Source of the DNA: Flectonema sp. DT1601 | Lineage: Eukaryota | Direction of reading: 5' to 3' | Assembly (NCBI GenBank): GCA_964019425.1 | Contig: OZ025790.1 | Coordinates: 868,001 to 932,000, forward strand | Length of the DNA stretch: 64,000 nucleotides | In this document: in pieces, positions 46,757 to 58,743 of the stretch | Position numbering within the stretch: position 1 is the first letter of the stretch | Layout of the letters: each line of letters begins with the position of its first letter | The notes under the pieces: generated by a model | The model's database searches: none | Told to the model about the DNA's origin: nothing | Seen by the model: the letters and a program-made list of their open reading frames with translations, nothing else | Program-made: the position numbers and the translations under genes

Positions 46757-48298
46757 TTAACGCATCTTGGAAACAGCTCCCCTGAGCTCCTGATGAAGCT
46801 GAGACACGATTGACTCGTATTGTGATTCATATGCAAGATTATGACTGTATCCATCGTAGTCGAAATCAACTCCTCTATCAGTAGTCAGATTGTACAACTC
46901 TCTTCCATTTGGATAATCCCACGATGCATTAAATAAATCACTTGAAGAAGGGTCCCAAGATACCCAAGTCACATAACGATAATCTTTTGTACGGATCGTG
47001 TATCCCATAAAATCGAAATCGGTGCTATTTTGCGCAACTCTGCAACAGGCATGCAAACCACACTGAACACTGTTAGCCGTGCCTTGCATTTGACATTGAC
47101 ATCTACCTATTTGTGAGAACGCTGCTTTGTTATCGTATTTGTTTGTTTCTGGATCATCCAAAGCTGCAGCCACACTAATTCCCTGAACAGAGTCCTGAAT
47201 GTTATCTAACCCTGCTAAGTCTGCGACTGTTCTGTATAAGTCAACAAGTTCGATTTTGATGTTGGTCTTTTTCCCAATCGAGTTCGTTTTCCATGGTACT
47301 CGAATGAGTAGCGGAATGTGGGTAGCAAGTTCAGTGTTGGTTTTCTTGGACCACTCGTTAAGCTCTCCGAGTTGCCAGCCGTGGTCAGCATGAAACATAA
47401 CGATAGTGTTTTGTTCTTCACCGAGGTCCTTAAGTTTTTGAAGGGCGAGACCCATGTTGTGGTCAGTCCAAGTTACTGCAGCGTAGTACCATCTGCGGTA
47501 TTCCAGCGCACTGGCAGTAGGAACGATACCTGCCTGACAGTTGTGATGGTGATCACCAATATCATCAGCTGTGTAATCCCAATTACCTGACATAAATGGT
47601 AAGTTAGTTGGTGACTCAGGGTGTTTTGGAGCCTTCACAACATCACCAGGGTATAATTCTGTTCCATGAAATCCCGCTGGAACCCTAAACGAAACATGAG
47701 GACGATGTACACCAATAGAAACCCACCAAGGCTTACCACTCTGGTGTGCAAGTTCCATTCTCTTAAGCCCTTCATGTAGGGCAAGATCTTCATCTGTGTA
47801 TGTGATCTTTGATTTGTTTGTGACACCACAGTAGGCGTGTTGACTGAGACCAGCAGGAGGATGAACATCGCCCTCTTGACAAGAAATCCACTCAGTTTGA
47901 TTAGAAGGGTAGCTCCACGACGCTGGGTCATCCATGTGATCGTGATACACCTTTCCAGCTGAAGATGTAAAGTAGCCCGCATTCTTAAAAAGTTGAGGCA
48001 TTGTAACCCAATCCTCACCACCTGGCGCCATTCTAAATGTTGATAAGAAATTCAATGCTCTTGTCCTATCTGGTCTCCTACCACTCATAAATGAATTTCT
48101 TGAAGGTGCGCAAAACGCAAAGTTTGTGTACGCAAATGAAAACTGCAGACCAGTTCTCGCAAGTTCATCGATATTTGGAGTCTTCATCATTGCCTGCTCA
48201 TAACATCCTAACTGAGGACGTAAATCATCTACAACGAGGTGAAGAATATTCGGCTTTGCAGGAGCAGCCGTACACATCGCACCAAGCAACGTCAACAT
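46757..48298 (-). CDS. Sulfatase, iduronate-2-sulfatase-like (formylglycine type)
   Basis: PNILHLVVDDLRP, CAPSR..FMSGRRPD, GKVYH, HRPH, ADHGWQLGE. Confidence 0.93.
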   Translation of the reverse strand: MLTLLGAMCTAAPAKPNILHLVVDDLRPQLGCYEQAMMKTPNIDELARTGLQFSFAYTNFAFCAPSRNSFMSGRRPDRTRALNFLSTFRMAPGGEDWVTMPQLFKNAGYFTSSAGKVYHDHMDDPASWSYPSNQTEWISCQEGDVHPPAGLSQHAYCGVTNKSKITYTDEDLALHEGLKRMELAHQSGKPWWVSIGVHRPHVSFRVPAGFHGTELYPGDVVKAPKHPESPTNLPFMSGNWDYTADDIGDHHHNCQAGIVPTASALEYRRWYYAAVTWTDHNMGLALQKLKDLGEEQNTIVMFHADHGWQLGELNEWSKKTNTELATHIPLLIRVPWKTNSIGKKTNIKIELVDLYRTVADLAGLDNIQDSVQGISVAAALDDPETNKYDNKAAFSQIGRCQCQMQGTANSVQCGLHACCRVAQNSTDFDFMGYTIRTKDYRYVTWVSWDPSSSDLFNASWDYPNGRELYNLTTDRGVDFDYDGYSHNLAYESQYESIVSQLHQELRGAVSKMR

Positions 48299-49346
48299 AT
48301 TGTAGTCCGGTTGGCTATTTGTGAAATAAGATTATTATTTTCTACTAATTAACTACACCAGGTGCCTTAGTTTTAGAAAAAGTCAAATTCCCCGATTATC
48401 TAATAATGTTTGCCATCTATGTTATTTTTTAGCCAATCATCTGATAAAATTAAATTAATACATCCACAACTACTTTAACATTATCAGACTATCAAAACAC
48501 ATATTAATTCACTCCGCATTGTTTCAGAATGATGAAACGACTTTTTCACCGCGTTTGCTGTAGGAGTTAGGGGGCAACACAAAATTTATCAGAAAAAGAA
48601 AACCACAACAACAACACAATTTATTTTAAAGAAAAAAAGAAGCAGAGAGGAAAATAAACGTTGGTAAAAAAAATAAAATAATAAAAAAAAATTCAACGAA
48701 GCTACGCTGTACGTATCAAAAAAGGAGAGAGCAATAGAAAAAAATTCCTTATTAATCTTCTTGAGGAGAGAGAATATAAGAACGACATACAGCTGCTCCA
48801 CGACGCATTTTTCATTGATGAATTTGTTTTTTTTCTGTCCAGATGACATTTTTTTAAATCGATTAAAAAACACAATCATTTTTTTGAGAACTACTTATCT
48901 GGTCACAACACTCTAAGAATGAATATATTAGGGAATCGAATAATGCCAATCAAGGAAAACAGACGGGAGCAATACAGTATCAAGAGAGAGAGAGAGAGAG
49001 AAAAACGTTGACTTCTTACGCAGGTGGGAGTGAAAAGGAAGGCTAACAACGTTGTTTTATTTTCCTTAAGCATGCTGGCTTCGCAAAACAGAAACTCAAC
49101 TCCCGTTAACAGAAGGGTTAACTGGCTGAGATGCCTGTATTGTATTAAAAGTTAGCTAAGAGAAATAATTAGTAATTTATGAGACGGTGAGTTTACGAAG
49201 GGGGGTCAAGGTTCTTAACCCAGATAATCAAAAAAAAGAATCTTCTACTATTTTTTTCTTTTTTTTGGTTGTTAACCTCTAAGTAAGTTGGGCTAATTAC
49301 AATAGGGTTTTATAAACTAAAAGAAAAAAAAGTGAACTGAAAACTT

Positions 49347-50888
49347 TTAACGCATCTTGGAAACAGCTCCCCTGAGCTCCTGATGAAGCTGAGACACGAT
49401 TGACTCGTATTGTGATTCATATGCAAGATTATGACTGTATCCATCGTAGTCGAAATCAACTCCTCTATCAGTAGTCAGATTGTACAACTCTCTTCCATTT
49501 GGATAATCCCACGATGCATTAAATAAATCACTTGAAGAAGGGTCCCAAGATACCCAAGTCACATAACGATAATCTTTTGTACGGATCGTGTATCCCATAA
49601 AATCGAAATCGGTGCTATTTTGCGCAACTCTGCAACAGGCATTCAAACCACACTGAACACTGTTAGCCGTGCCTTGCATTTGACATTGACATCTACCTAT
49701 TTGTGAGAACGCTGCTTTGTTATCGTATTTCTTTGTTTCTGGATCATCCAAAGCTGCAGCCACACTAATTCCCTGAACAGAGTCCTGAATGTTATCTAAC
49801 CCTGCTAAGTCTGCGACTGTTCTGTATAAGTCAACAAGTTCGATTTTGATGTTGGTCTTTTTCCCAATCGAGTTCGTTTTCCATGGTACCCGAATGAGTA
49901 GCGGAATGTGGGTAGCAAGTTCAGTGTTGGTTTTCTTAGACCACTCGTTAAGCTCTCCGAGTTGCCAGCCGTGGTCGGCATGAAACATAACGATAGTGTT
50001 TTGTTCTTCACCGAGGTCCTTAAGTTTTTGAAGGGCGAGACCCATGTTGTGGTCAGTCCAAGTTACCGCAGCGTAGTACCATCTGCGGTATTCCAGCGCA
50101 CTGGCAGTAGGAACGATACCTGCCTGACAGTTGTGATGGTGATCTTTAATATCATCAGCTGTGTAATCCCAATTACCAGACATAAATGGTAAGTTAGTTG
50201 GTGACTCAGGGTGTTTTGGAGCCTTCACAACATCACCAGGGTATAATTCTGTTCCATGAAATCCCGCTGGAACCCTAAACGAAACATGAGGACGATGTAC
50301 ACCAATAGAAACCCACCAAGGCTTACCACTCTCATGTGCAAGTTCCATTCTCTTCAGCCCTTCATGTAGGGCAAGATCTTCATCTGTGTATGTGATCTTT
50401 GATTTGTTTGTGACACCACAGTAAGCGATTTGACTGAGACCAGCAGGAGGATGAACATCGCCCTCTTGACAAGAAATCCACTCAGTTTGATTAGAAGGGT
50501 AGCTCCACGACGCTGGGTCATCCATGTGATCGTGATACACCTTTCCAGCTGAAGATGTAAAGTAGCCCGCATTCTTAAAGAGTTGAGGCATTGTAACCCA
50601 ATCCTCACCACCTGGCGCCATTCTAAATGTTGATAAGAAATTCAATGCTCTTGTCCTATCTGGTCTCCTACCACTCATAAATGAATTTCTTGAAGGTGCG
50701 CAATACGCAAAGTTTGTGTACGCGAATGAAAACTGCAGACCAGTTCTCGCAAGTTCATCGATATTTGGAGTCTTCATCATTGCCTGCTCATAACATCCTA
50801 ACTGAGGACGTAAATCATCTACAACGAGGTGAAGAATATTCGGCTTTGCAGGAGCAGCCGTACACATCGCACCAAGCAACGTTAACAT
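49347..50888 (-). CDS. Sulfatase, tandem paralog
   Basis: Near-identical to 46757-48298 at an offset of 2590 bp. Confidence 0.93.
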   Translation of the reverse strand: MLTLLGAMCTAAPAKPNILHLVVDDLRPQLGCYEQAMMKTPNIDELARTGLQFSFAYTNFAYCAPSRNSFMSGRRPDRTRALNFLSTFRMAPGGEDWVTMPQLFKNAGYFTSSAGKVYHDHMDDPASWSYPSNQTEWISCQEGDVHPPAGLSQIAYCGVTNKSKITYTDEDLALHEGLKRMELAHESGKPWWVSIGVHRPHVSFRVPAGFHGTELYPGDVVKAPKHPESPTNLPFMSGNWDYTADDIKDHHHNCQAGIVPTASALEYRRWYYAAVTWTDHNMGLALQKLKDLGEEQNTIVMFHADHGWQLGELNEWSKKTNTELATHIPLLIRVPWKTNSIGKKTNIKIELVDLYRTVADLAGLDNIQDSVQGISVAAALDDPETKKYDNKAAFSQIGRCQCQMQGTANSVQCGLNACCRVAQNSTDFDFMGYTIRTKDYRYVTWVSWDPSSSDLFNASWDYPNGRELYNLTTDRGVDFDYDGYSHNLAYESQYESIVSQLHQELRGAVSKMR

Positions 50889-51447
50889 ATTGTAGTCCGG
50901 TTGGCTATTTGTGAAATAAGATTATTATTTTCTACTAAATAACTACATCAGGTGCCTTAGTTTTAGAAAAAGTCAAATGCCCCGATTCTATCAATGTGTT
51001 ATAGAGGGAAGTGTAGGCTGTTTGTTTACAGTAAGAAAAAGAGTACAAAAAAAAAAAAAAAATCACTGGACTGGTGAAACATAGGCACCGTACTCCCACA
51101 ATTCTTTTGAATTGTTGAATCGTTTATGCAACTTGACTGAACGAACTTTTTTTGAAGGAAACAAAAAAAAAAAAAAAAGAAAAAAATTATTTTAGAAGAA
51201 TACTAATATGAAATAAACGAAAAATCAAAGGCAAACATCTTTTTCAAAATGTGCAACAAAACTGATCCTCGAAGTCGTGAGGGGGTGTGATATCCTTCAA
51301 GATTACACTTCTTTTTTTCTCTTTTTTTTTTCAAATTAAAAAAAAAAAAAAAAGAAGAACAAAACAAACAAAAGACAATAATAAATCATAAGTTGTTAGA
51401 TAGCTTTCACTCACCAGCTTTGTCTTATCAAAGCCTATAAATCATTG

Positions 51448-54400
51448 TTAACGAAGCAGTCCGCTTGATGATTTAGATTTTGTCTTTCTAGAAGCAGTCG
51501 TCGCAGCTTCATCAGTCTCTTCTTCTTCTTCGGCTTCTTCAGTTTTTGACATGCTCAGTTCCATTTGAATCTGAGTAACTCTGTCTTTATTGGTGGATGG
51601 ATTTGATTTTGTTCTGTTCAAAAGGTGGGTTACGAATTCACGTAGACGGACTATTTCGTGTTGTTGTCTAGCCATTTCCTGATTGTTTTGCTCAACCTGA
51701 TGAACTACTTCTGCGATGTTGAGAGATTCAAGCTCTGCAAGTTCAAAAAGAGATTTCGTTGTATTCTCGGGACTGTTTTTCCTCATTGAACGGATACGAC
51801 CCGCTGAAGTAGATGCTGCTGTTGCTGGTCTGGATGCAGGTGCTGGTGAAGTTGCAGCATTTCTTCCTAATTGCTGTCGGATATCTTTGACGTCATCTTC
51901 AACGATTCGGACTTTTTCTAAAATATTTTTCTTTTCGTGACGCAGTTCGTTTATTTCGCGGACAAGCAACGAATTTTCTGCCGCCTTCCGATGATTATCC
52001 TGGCTCAGATTCAACTCCCTCCTTTCATTTTGTTTTTTCAAAGAACTGAACTGCTTCTCGCTATACACTCGCTGTCGATGAAAATCATGAACAACACTCG
52101 TAGATAAAACTGATACGTCATCTCTTGTCGTACACTTCTCCACAATGTCTCTCACGTCGTACAAAAGACGTCGTGTAGGCGACGATGCGATGATTGTCAT
52201 TAGTTTTCGTAAGAGTCCTTTTATTAGTATGCATTTACCTTCTAATAAATGTTTACTTTGAGATACCTCCTTATATATGACTTGTAACTTATCTTCTTTG
52301 GCCTCAAGTGCACGGTGGAGAGCGTCAGTGTCGTTGGTTACTTTCGCTAGTTCAAGTTCCATTTCAGACATCCTTTCGAGCATAACTCGAATTTGATCTT
52401 CCTTCGGAGCGACATCTTTACGAAGTTCATTAAATTTGAATGCCAAGACGTATCGAAGTTTTTCTAGTTCGGTTGTCTGTTTTTGAAGTTCTAAAATTTT
52501 CTTTTCTGAAGTACCAATCGTGTCGATTCGTACATCAATTTCTAACCGTAAAGCGTCATTCGCTTTGTCGTGTTCTCTATTCTTAAGAATCGCTCTTGCT
52601 AAAATATCTTCCCTAGTTTTTAGATCTCGTTGGAGTTTTACGACGTCCTGCATATCTTTTTCTTGTGTTCTGTGACCAATATTCCATTGAAGAATATCTT
52701 TCTCACATTGAACATCCAACTGTTCTTTTTGTTGTTGGTATTGCTGTTTGACATGTTGGATTTCTTCTTCATATTCGTGTTCAAGTTGTTCTAAGTGAGA
52801 GTCACCTTCTTGACGTTGAACCTCACGTTCTTTTTGTATTGAAGCCATTTCTTGTTTAATATTGTACTCTAACTCAGATGCTTCAAGTCTGATCTTTTCC
52901 TTTGTCTTGTCCCAGTCTCGTCTAATCGATTGTAATTTGTTTTCATATTGCACTACTAAATCGTCTTTGTTGTCTTTGCATTTTCTGTATTTCTGTTCGA
53001 GGGCATCGGTTCTGGTTTTGTATAAAATTTCTAAGTCTTCAGCAGCTTTCAGATGGTGTGTTTCTAATTCACGTTTTTTTTCTTCAGATGCCTGCAGAAC
53101 ACTTTCCTTGTCTTTTTGAGCTTGAATAGTTTGCTGGAAATGTGATTCAACCTGGGAAGCAGTCTCAGAACGTTTCTGATCAACGGCGATTTCGAACTGT
53201 TGTCGATGACGACGGAGATCTTGTCCCTGTCTGAGTTCCATTTGATTATTTAAATTAGTCAACTCGTTGACTTTTGCGTTCTGAACATCTAATTCTGATT
53301 GAAGAAAATAAGCGACGTCTTCAAAACTACTCGCCGCATTGAATGATTGAGTGTTTTTACCACCACTAGCAGCAGCTGTGGAGTTTAAAGCACCAGTTTG
53401 ATTACCCGCAGTCGCTGCAGCAGATAACACATCAAATGCGAAGAGAGTATTGTCGCTACCGACGCTGAATAGTAATTTCTCATCGGAGCTTAACGTCAGT
53501 AGTACAACTGCTGATTGATGTGCATCAACCACTGATGAAGGCTGTGCTTGACCTGGTGGTAATGGCCATTGATATGCACGAATGTGGCCGGTTATAGTTC
53601 CAACAAATAACGTTTTATGAACCATTGATAAAACACATTCCCTGGTGTGAGGTTTGCCATGAGTTTGTCTATTCTGAACGACACCTAAAAAGATTGGCTG
53701 ATGTTGACAATGTGTTGATCCCTCAGCTGGTTCACTTTGAGATGCTGGTTGTGTTTGAGTATTGTTTGTAGATGATGTGGTTGTTTCATTCTTTTTATTA
53801 TTGCAATCCATTTCATAACTTCTAAGAGTGATGGAACCTTCAGCGAGTCCCAAGTCTGATACTTTATTTGTTCCAAGAGAAATTAGCGTCTTGGTATCGT
53901 CATCATAAGCAATGCAGTTGTGAGCAACTGCCTTCGCTGATATGTCTAACTTTGATTCTTTCTTACAAGTTTCAATCGTCCAAGTGTGAATTGAACCTTC
54001 ATAACCTGCAGACACTAATTGTTGATCACTATTTATCCAGGCAATTGATCTCACCATCGATGAGTGTCCCGATAAAAACCCAATACATCCAAAGGTAAAT
54101 GTATTATAAAGAAATATCTTAGTCACTACCGATGCTGCAAAGAAATGACCACCTTTACTAAATGAAAGTTGTTTGCAATGTTTAACAGGGAATTCCTGAA
54201 CAGGATACAAGTCAGTTGATAACACACAGAACATGGTGAGACGATATTTAAATGCAGCTGCGATTCTTAGACCCGACGGATGACAAGAGACGGCCTGTAT
54301 TTCCTCATCAAAGACTGCATCGATTTCAATTTTTCTTTTTACGTAATTCCATACCCGGATGTGTTTGTCAACACTGCTTGTTACGATAATATTCTTTTGA

Positions 54401-55629
54401 ACACACGTTGATATCGCTGTAACCTGCCCCCCATGAAAACCAATACTCAAAGGTTTAAAAATCGTATCTCTTTGCAAAGCAGAATCGGGTGCCTGTCCCA
54501 ACTGAGAAGGTTCTCTTTTATCAGTATCAAGAATATCAATACTGACTAAAGGGAATAGAGAAGCTGTGTTATCACTTAACATACAGACAATGCACTCTTC
54601 GTTTGGGCTTACTGATAAAGCTGTTATTCTTGATGTGTCGTTTGATTGAAAGCATCTATATATTTGAAACACTGTACTGTCATACGTCCTTTCGAATATA
54701 GAAAGTCGTCCGCCATCTCCGGCTACAGCTAGTCCTCTGCTAATGGAAGTGATTGAGCAGATGGCGTGATTATCGTTGTGTAGAACTTTTTTTAATTCCA
54801 AATGTTCAAATATGAGAATATCACCCTCAACCGTTCCGACCACAAGTTTTTCATCGTCAAACCAAGTGTGAGTTGTGTATCTATATTCTCGTCGTTTGGC
54901 CATCGGATCGACTGCTTTCAACTGATTCGGAGTGTATTTAAGTATCCTCATACCTGATATACCAGTAACACATAAAGAACTACTTGACCATGGCGATATT
55001 GATATTTCATTCACTCGTATGTTGTTATCAGACATTGCTACTAGTCTTGCTGGAGCCTTATCTAGTTGCCAAATATAAACGAATCCTTCTGGAGCTGATG
55101 TTGCTGTTGCTAATAATTTATTATCGCTTGAGAACCCCATGGCGACTACAGGTTGCTTTGATAGATACGCGAATGATAATACTCTTGTTTTTTTAACTTG
55201 AAATTGAACAGCTGATGCTTGAGAACGATTACCGTCTGTCTGCTTTGATGATTTCCCGCCAAGCAATGCCCAGACTGATACTTCAGTTGATCCTCCAGGC
55301 TTGTCTTCAACCAGCTGTTCTGATAAAGCGAGATACTTCCTGTTGCTGGTTAGAGCAAAGCAAAGCACTTCCTGAGTCTTAGGTTGTTTTAAAATAAATT
55401 TATACTGCGCAGTGTCATAGTTATATATTGCGAGATGTTTACCGACATTGTAGATGAGAACTCCATCTGCTATGTGTTCAATTTGACGCGCTTGATCGTT
55501 TTGTTGACCACCAAAACCCAAAGTACAGTTGAAAACCAGCTGAGCAGTTTTATTGTTAGACTGTTGTTGTCGTTGTTGTGATGTGCTGGCTTCTGTATGG
55601 TCCCCAGAGTCTTGTAGTTCAGACTGCAT
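51448..55629 (-). CDS. CFAP57: Cilia- and flagella-associated protein 57 (WDR65)-like
   Basis: WD40 repeats then coiled coil with EKKILELQKQTTELEKLRYVLAFK, FHRQRVY, ENSLLVREINELR. Confidence 0.88.
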   Translation of the reverse strand: MQSELQDSGDHTEASTSQQRQQQSNNKTAQLVFNCTLGFGGQQNDQARQIEHIADGVLIYNVGKHLAIYNYDTAQYKFILKQPKTQEVLCFALTSNRKYLALSEQLVEDKPGGSTEVSVWALLGGKSSKQTDGNRSQASAVQFQVKKTRVLSFAYLSKQPVVAMGFSSDNKLLATATSAPEGFVYIWQLDKAPARLVAMSDNNIRVNEISISPWSSSSLCVTGISGMRILKYTPNQLKAVDPMAKRREYRYTTHTWFDDEKLVVGTVEGDILIFEHLELKKVLHNDNHAICSITSISRGLAVAGDGGRLSIFERTYDSTVFQIYRCFQSNDTSRITALSVSPNEECIVCMLSDNTASLFPLVSIDILDTDKREPSQLGQAPDSALQRDTIFKPLSIGFHGGQVTAISTCVQKNIIVTSSVDKHIRVWNYVKRKIEIDAVFDEEIQAVSCHPSGLRIAAAFKYRLTMFCVLSTDLYPVQEFPVKHCKQLSFSKGGHFFAASVVTKIFLYNTFTFGCIGFLSGHSSMVRSIAWINSDQQLVSAGYEGSIHTWTIETCKKESKLDISAKAVAHNCIAYDDDTKTLISLGTNKVSDLGLAEGSITLRSYEMDCNNKKNETTTSSTNNTQTQPASQSEPAEGSTHCQHQPIFLGVVQNRQTHGKPHTRECVLSMVHKTLFVGTITGHIRAYQWPLPPGQAQPSSVVDAHQSAVVLLTLSSDEKLLFSVGSDNTLFAFDVLSAAATAGNQTGALNSTAAASGGKNTQSFNAASSFEDVAYFLQSELDVQNAKVNELTNLNNQMELRQGQDLRRHRQQFEIAVDQKRSETASQVESHFQQTIQAQKDKESVLQASEEKKRELETHHLKAAEDLEILYKTRTDALEQKYRKCKDNKDDLVVQYENKLQSIRRDWDKTKEKIRLEASELEYNIKQEMASIQKEREVQRQEGDSHLEQLEHEYEEEIQHVKQQYQQQKEQLDVQCEKDILQWNIGHRTQEKDMQDVVKLQRDLKTREDILARAILKNREHDKANDALRLEIDVRIDTIGTSEKKILELQKQTTELEKLRYVLAFKFNELRKDVAPKEDQIRVMLERMSEMELELAKVTNDTDALHRALEAKEDKLQVIYKEVSQSKHLLEGKCILIKGLLRKLMTIIASSPTRRLLYDVRDIVEKCTTRDDVSVLSTSVVHDFHRQRVYSEKQFSSLKKQNERRELNLSQDNHRKAAENSLLVREINELRHEKKNILEKVRIVEDDVKDIRQQLGRNAATSPAPASRPATAASTSAGRIRSMRKNSPENTTKSLFELAELESLNIAEVVHQVEQNNQEMARQQHEIVRLREFVTHLLNRTKSNPSTNKDRVTQIQMELSMSKTEEAEEEEETDEAATTASRKTKSKSSSGLLR

Positions 55630-55753
55630 ATTAATGGGGGTGTCGTACTGTGAAAATAATAGTTCTCCAAATCAAGAAAATAATAATTCATAGTTCGAAA
55701 AAGGAATATCAGAATCAAGTAGAAACCTGTTCATTAAGCATCACAAACAGATG

Positions 55754-56521
55754 TCAAATAGATATAAGAGGGAGAGAAACAAAACTATCCGTGCAACGAC
55801 ACCGCACGAGAGATCTTAACCCAGGAAGAGTTGGTTCCAAATTCACAAGCATACTAACAAACAAATACTTCGGTCGAATAATTGATTTTTGTCGTCGTCT
55901 TCTACGAGACTCCCACTGAGCAAGTTCTTGAGAGGCTTGCAATGGAGAGGTAAGTCCCTGATCGGCTTGTTTTCGAATAGCTTTCTGACGAACAGGTATA
56001 TAATAAAGCCGATCTATATAAATATCCTGCTGTCGAGGAGTTAGCTTAACAGGGGGAATGAACGGAGTTTGACAAGGAGAACACGTCTCACAACTATAGC
56101 AAGGATGCTTTGAACGATCAGTGACTCTGGGATGACGCTGCTCAGAAACAGTTAATTGTTTCACAGCTTTACTACGAACTGGTGCAACTGGAGGGAAAGC
56201 ACATCCACCTTTAGGGAGAGTTTCAACCAGCGCTGTTGTAAACGGACTGCCTCTTTCTAAAACGCCTAAGCGATCCTCTAATCGTTCAGAGTCTGTGATG
56301 AGAACGTAACCACTTTTATCTCTACGAAGTTTCCTTTGTCTGGTTAGGAATTCAGATAGAATGCATTTTTGTTTTTTAACAATCTCCTTCATTTCCCATT
56401 TTGCTTCCCTAAGCATTGCTGCTGTTCGTCGTAGTTTTGTTCTACCAACAGTTCGTTTTTGTGTCGTGGGAGGCTTTGGAATTTTATCCGAGCGTCGCTG
56501 TTTTATTAGTGACATCTGCAT
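55754..56521 (-). CDS. Hypothetical basic protein
   Basis: 255-aa ORF containing KLT...YIDRLYY. Confidence 0.65.
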   Translation of the reverse strand: MQMSLIKQRRSDKIPKPPTTQKRTVGRTKLRRTAAMLREAKWEMKEIVKKQKCILSEFLTRQRKLRRDKSGYVLITDSERLEDRLGVLERGSPFTTALVETLPKGGCAFPPVAPVRSKAVKQLTVSEQRHPRVTDRSKHPCYSCETCSPCQTPFIPPVKLTPRQQDIYIDRLYYIPVRQKAIRKQADQGLTSPLQASQELAQWESRRRRRQKSIIRPKYLFVSMLVNLEPTLPGLRSLVRCRCTDSFVSLPLISI

Positions 56522-57217
56522 CTTTACATCAATCTCAGAAGGAACGTTTATCTACATCATGGAACCGAATGATGAAAATAAAAAATTGATCTTTTGATTC
56601 TGTTCTGTTATTCCTGTTGGGGAGTGAAGTACGATAAAGATAAAGAATCACCTGCATAAGACTCCAACCCTCGAATGAAAAGAAATTGAGGTTGGGTTGG
56701 TGGATTGCTATTCAATTTTGTCGGAGAAATAGCACCTTCCCAATTCTTGTAATGAAAAAAAAAAAAAAAAAAAAAAAAAAATATTCATACAAATAAGTAT
56801 GGAAAACAACGATCGAACACTACGGTGGGGAAAAAAAAAAAAACTTTCATTCCACACGCCTAGAATATATAAACCTATCCCACTAAAGCCGAAGACAAAC
56901 AGCAAGACAGGAATGGAAAGACGAATACAGGTGCAAAGACATGTTGTACACACAATATCCCAATAAGACTTTCTCAGGGGAATCAGAAACCGATGATAAG
57001 GAGGTTAATCAAAAAAAAAAAAAAAGAAAAAAAAAAAGACAACTACATGGATGAAAATATTTCTTTTTTTTTTTTTTTTTTTTTTTTTTGGCCCGACATA
57101 AAAATCCCACTCCAATCAATGGTTGTGTATTTCAAGCCGTTATTTATTTGTTTTTTTTTTTTTTTCATCAAAATAAATAGGTCGGAGGGAGGGAGATACC
57201 AACATTAAAAAAGACTA

Positions 57218-57742
57218 TCAGAAGAGAGCGTACATCTTGTCGGACTTGCCAAGTCCATGAAATTCAACTTTCTGAGAGCATAAGCAAGTCATTTTTTGAG
57301 TAGTTGGTGCGGTAATGCAGTATGGAGCTCCCATCCACCAGTTGTTAGTGGTGTCATAGTGTCCTTGGGCAATTCGGAAATTGCGGCAAGTGACAGATCT
57401 GTTTCCTGTTCTAAGAGTAAGGTTTCCAAAGATACCAAAGTTCAACTTATGTGGTAACACATCAAGCATATGCTCAGTCGCTAAGACATTCACAGGGGTT
57501 ACTCCGTCAACAAAAGCAGCTGCGCATTCTTCGCTCCCGTGTCTTCCGGCATCAACCTTAATACCATTACCGCTTTGTGTAACACCTCCATATGGTTGTC
57601 CCTTTGTGATAGCGTAGTGATCAACACTGAAGTTAGCAGTCAGGGTACCATTTCCCTCAAAGTAAACCCAATTATCATGTTCTTTCTTCGCCTGAGCAGT
57701 GCAAGCGAAGAGGGCGAGAACAATAGCAACACGTGTGAACAT
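57218..57742 (-). CDS. Small secreted protein, 174 aa, copy 1
   Basis: Signal peptide MFTRVAIVLALFACTAQA. Paralog of 59195-59719. Confidence 0.85.
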   Translation of the reverse strand: MFTRVAIVLALFACTAQAKKEHDNWVYFEGNGTLTANFSVDHYAITKGQPYGGVTQSGNGIKVDAGRHGSEECAAAFVDGVTPVNVLATEHMLDVLPHKLNFGIFGNLTLRTGNRSVTCRNFRIAQGHYDTTNNWWMGAPYCITAPTTQKMTCLCSQKVEFHGLGKSDKMYALF

Positions 57743-58031
57743 TATAGTTTTTGTTTTTTGTTTTTTGTGGATTTTTTTCCTCTTTTTTGAAAAACGAATT
57801 AAATAATATTGAACTACAGTTCTTATGTGTGGAGTCGATTTCGATCTCAACCGTGGCTGAGAGTGCAAGCAGCTGATTTTGTTATGTAATTCCTGTGGAT
57901 GATGAAATGGTTTGTTTTCTTTTTGTATTCTCACATTCAAGTCAACAACAAGCAAGAAAATAACTGCTTTCCTTTCTTTTTTTTTTTTCTTCCACAATGG
58001 GAATTTTTACCTCCATTCTACTCATCATCAG

Positions 58032-58280
58032 TCCCTGATCGGCTTGTTTTCGAATAGCTTTCTGACGAACAGGTATATAATAAAGCCGATCTATATAAAC
58101 ATCCTGCTGTCGAGGTAGAATGCATTTTTGTTTTTTAACAATCTCCTTCATTTCCCATTTTGCTTCCCTAAGCATTGCTGCTGTTCGTCGTAGTTTTGTT
58201 CTACCAACAGTTCGTTTTTGTGTCGTGGGAGGCTTTGGAATTTTATCCGAGCGTCGCTGTTTTATTAGTGACATCTGCAT
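58032..58280 (-). pseudogene. Truncated, internally deleted duplicate of the 55754-56521 gene
   Basis: Near-identical sequence lacking the segment equivalent to about 56037-56355 and the 3-prime end. Confidence 0.8.
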
Positions 58281-58491
58281 CTTTACATCAATCTCAGAAG
58301 GAACGTTTATCTACATCATGGAACCGAATGATGAAAATAAAAAATTGATCTTTTGATTCTGTTCTGTCATTCCTGTTGGGGAGTGAAGTACGATAAAGAT
58401 AAAGAATCACCTGCATAAGACTCCAACCCTCGAATGAAAAGAAATTGAGGTTGGGTTGGTGGATTGCTATTCAATTTTGTCGGAGAACTAG

Positions 58492-58610
58492 TTACTTAGC
58501 GAGCCCGACATACCATCGAGTTCCGGTTAGATACAACAGGGTGGAATGGTTAACCACCTGTGAGTCCCCAATACTACGACTTTATGTCGAACCTGATCCC
58601 TGACAAATTG
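58492..58610. mobile_element. Family C insertion, absent in the paralogous copy
   Basis: Empty site GGAGAAATAGCACCTT at 56723-56738. The start TTAGCGAGCCCGACATACCATCGAGT resembles 36507-36542 and 37304-37372. Confidence 0.75.
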
Positions 58611-58640
58611 CACCTTACCAATTCTTGTAATTAAAAAAAG

Positions 58641-58697
58641 AAAACCATTTAGATTAGCCTTATATTTCGTGTTTTTTTGTTACCGACTACGTTGGTA

Positions 58698-58741
<44 letters not shown>
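58641..58741 (+). mobile_element. Poly(A)-tailed mini-element (longer relative at 61082-61239)
   Basis: Absent from the paralogous A-tract at 56755-56781. Shares AAAACCATTYAGATTARCCTTATATTTCGT and CCGACTRCGTYGGTAC-(A)n with the 61 kb copy. Confidence 0.65.
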
Positions 58742-58743
<2 letters not shown>

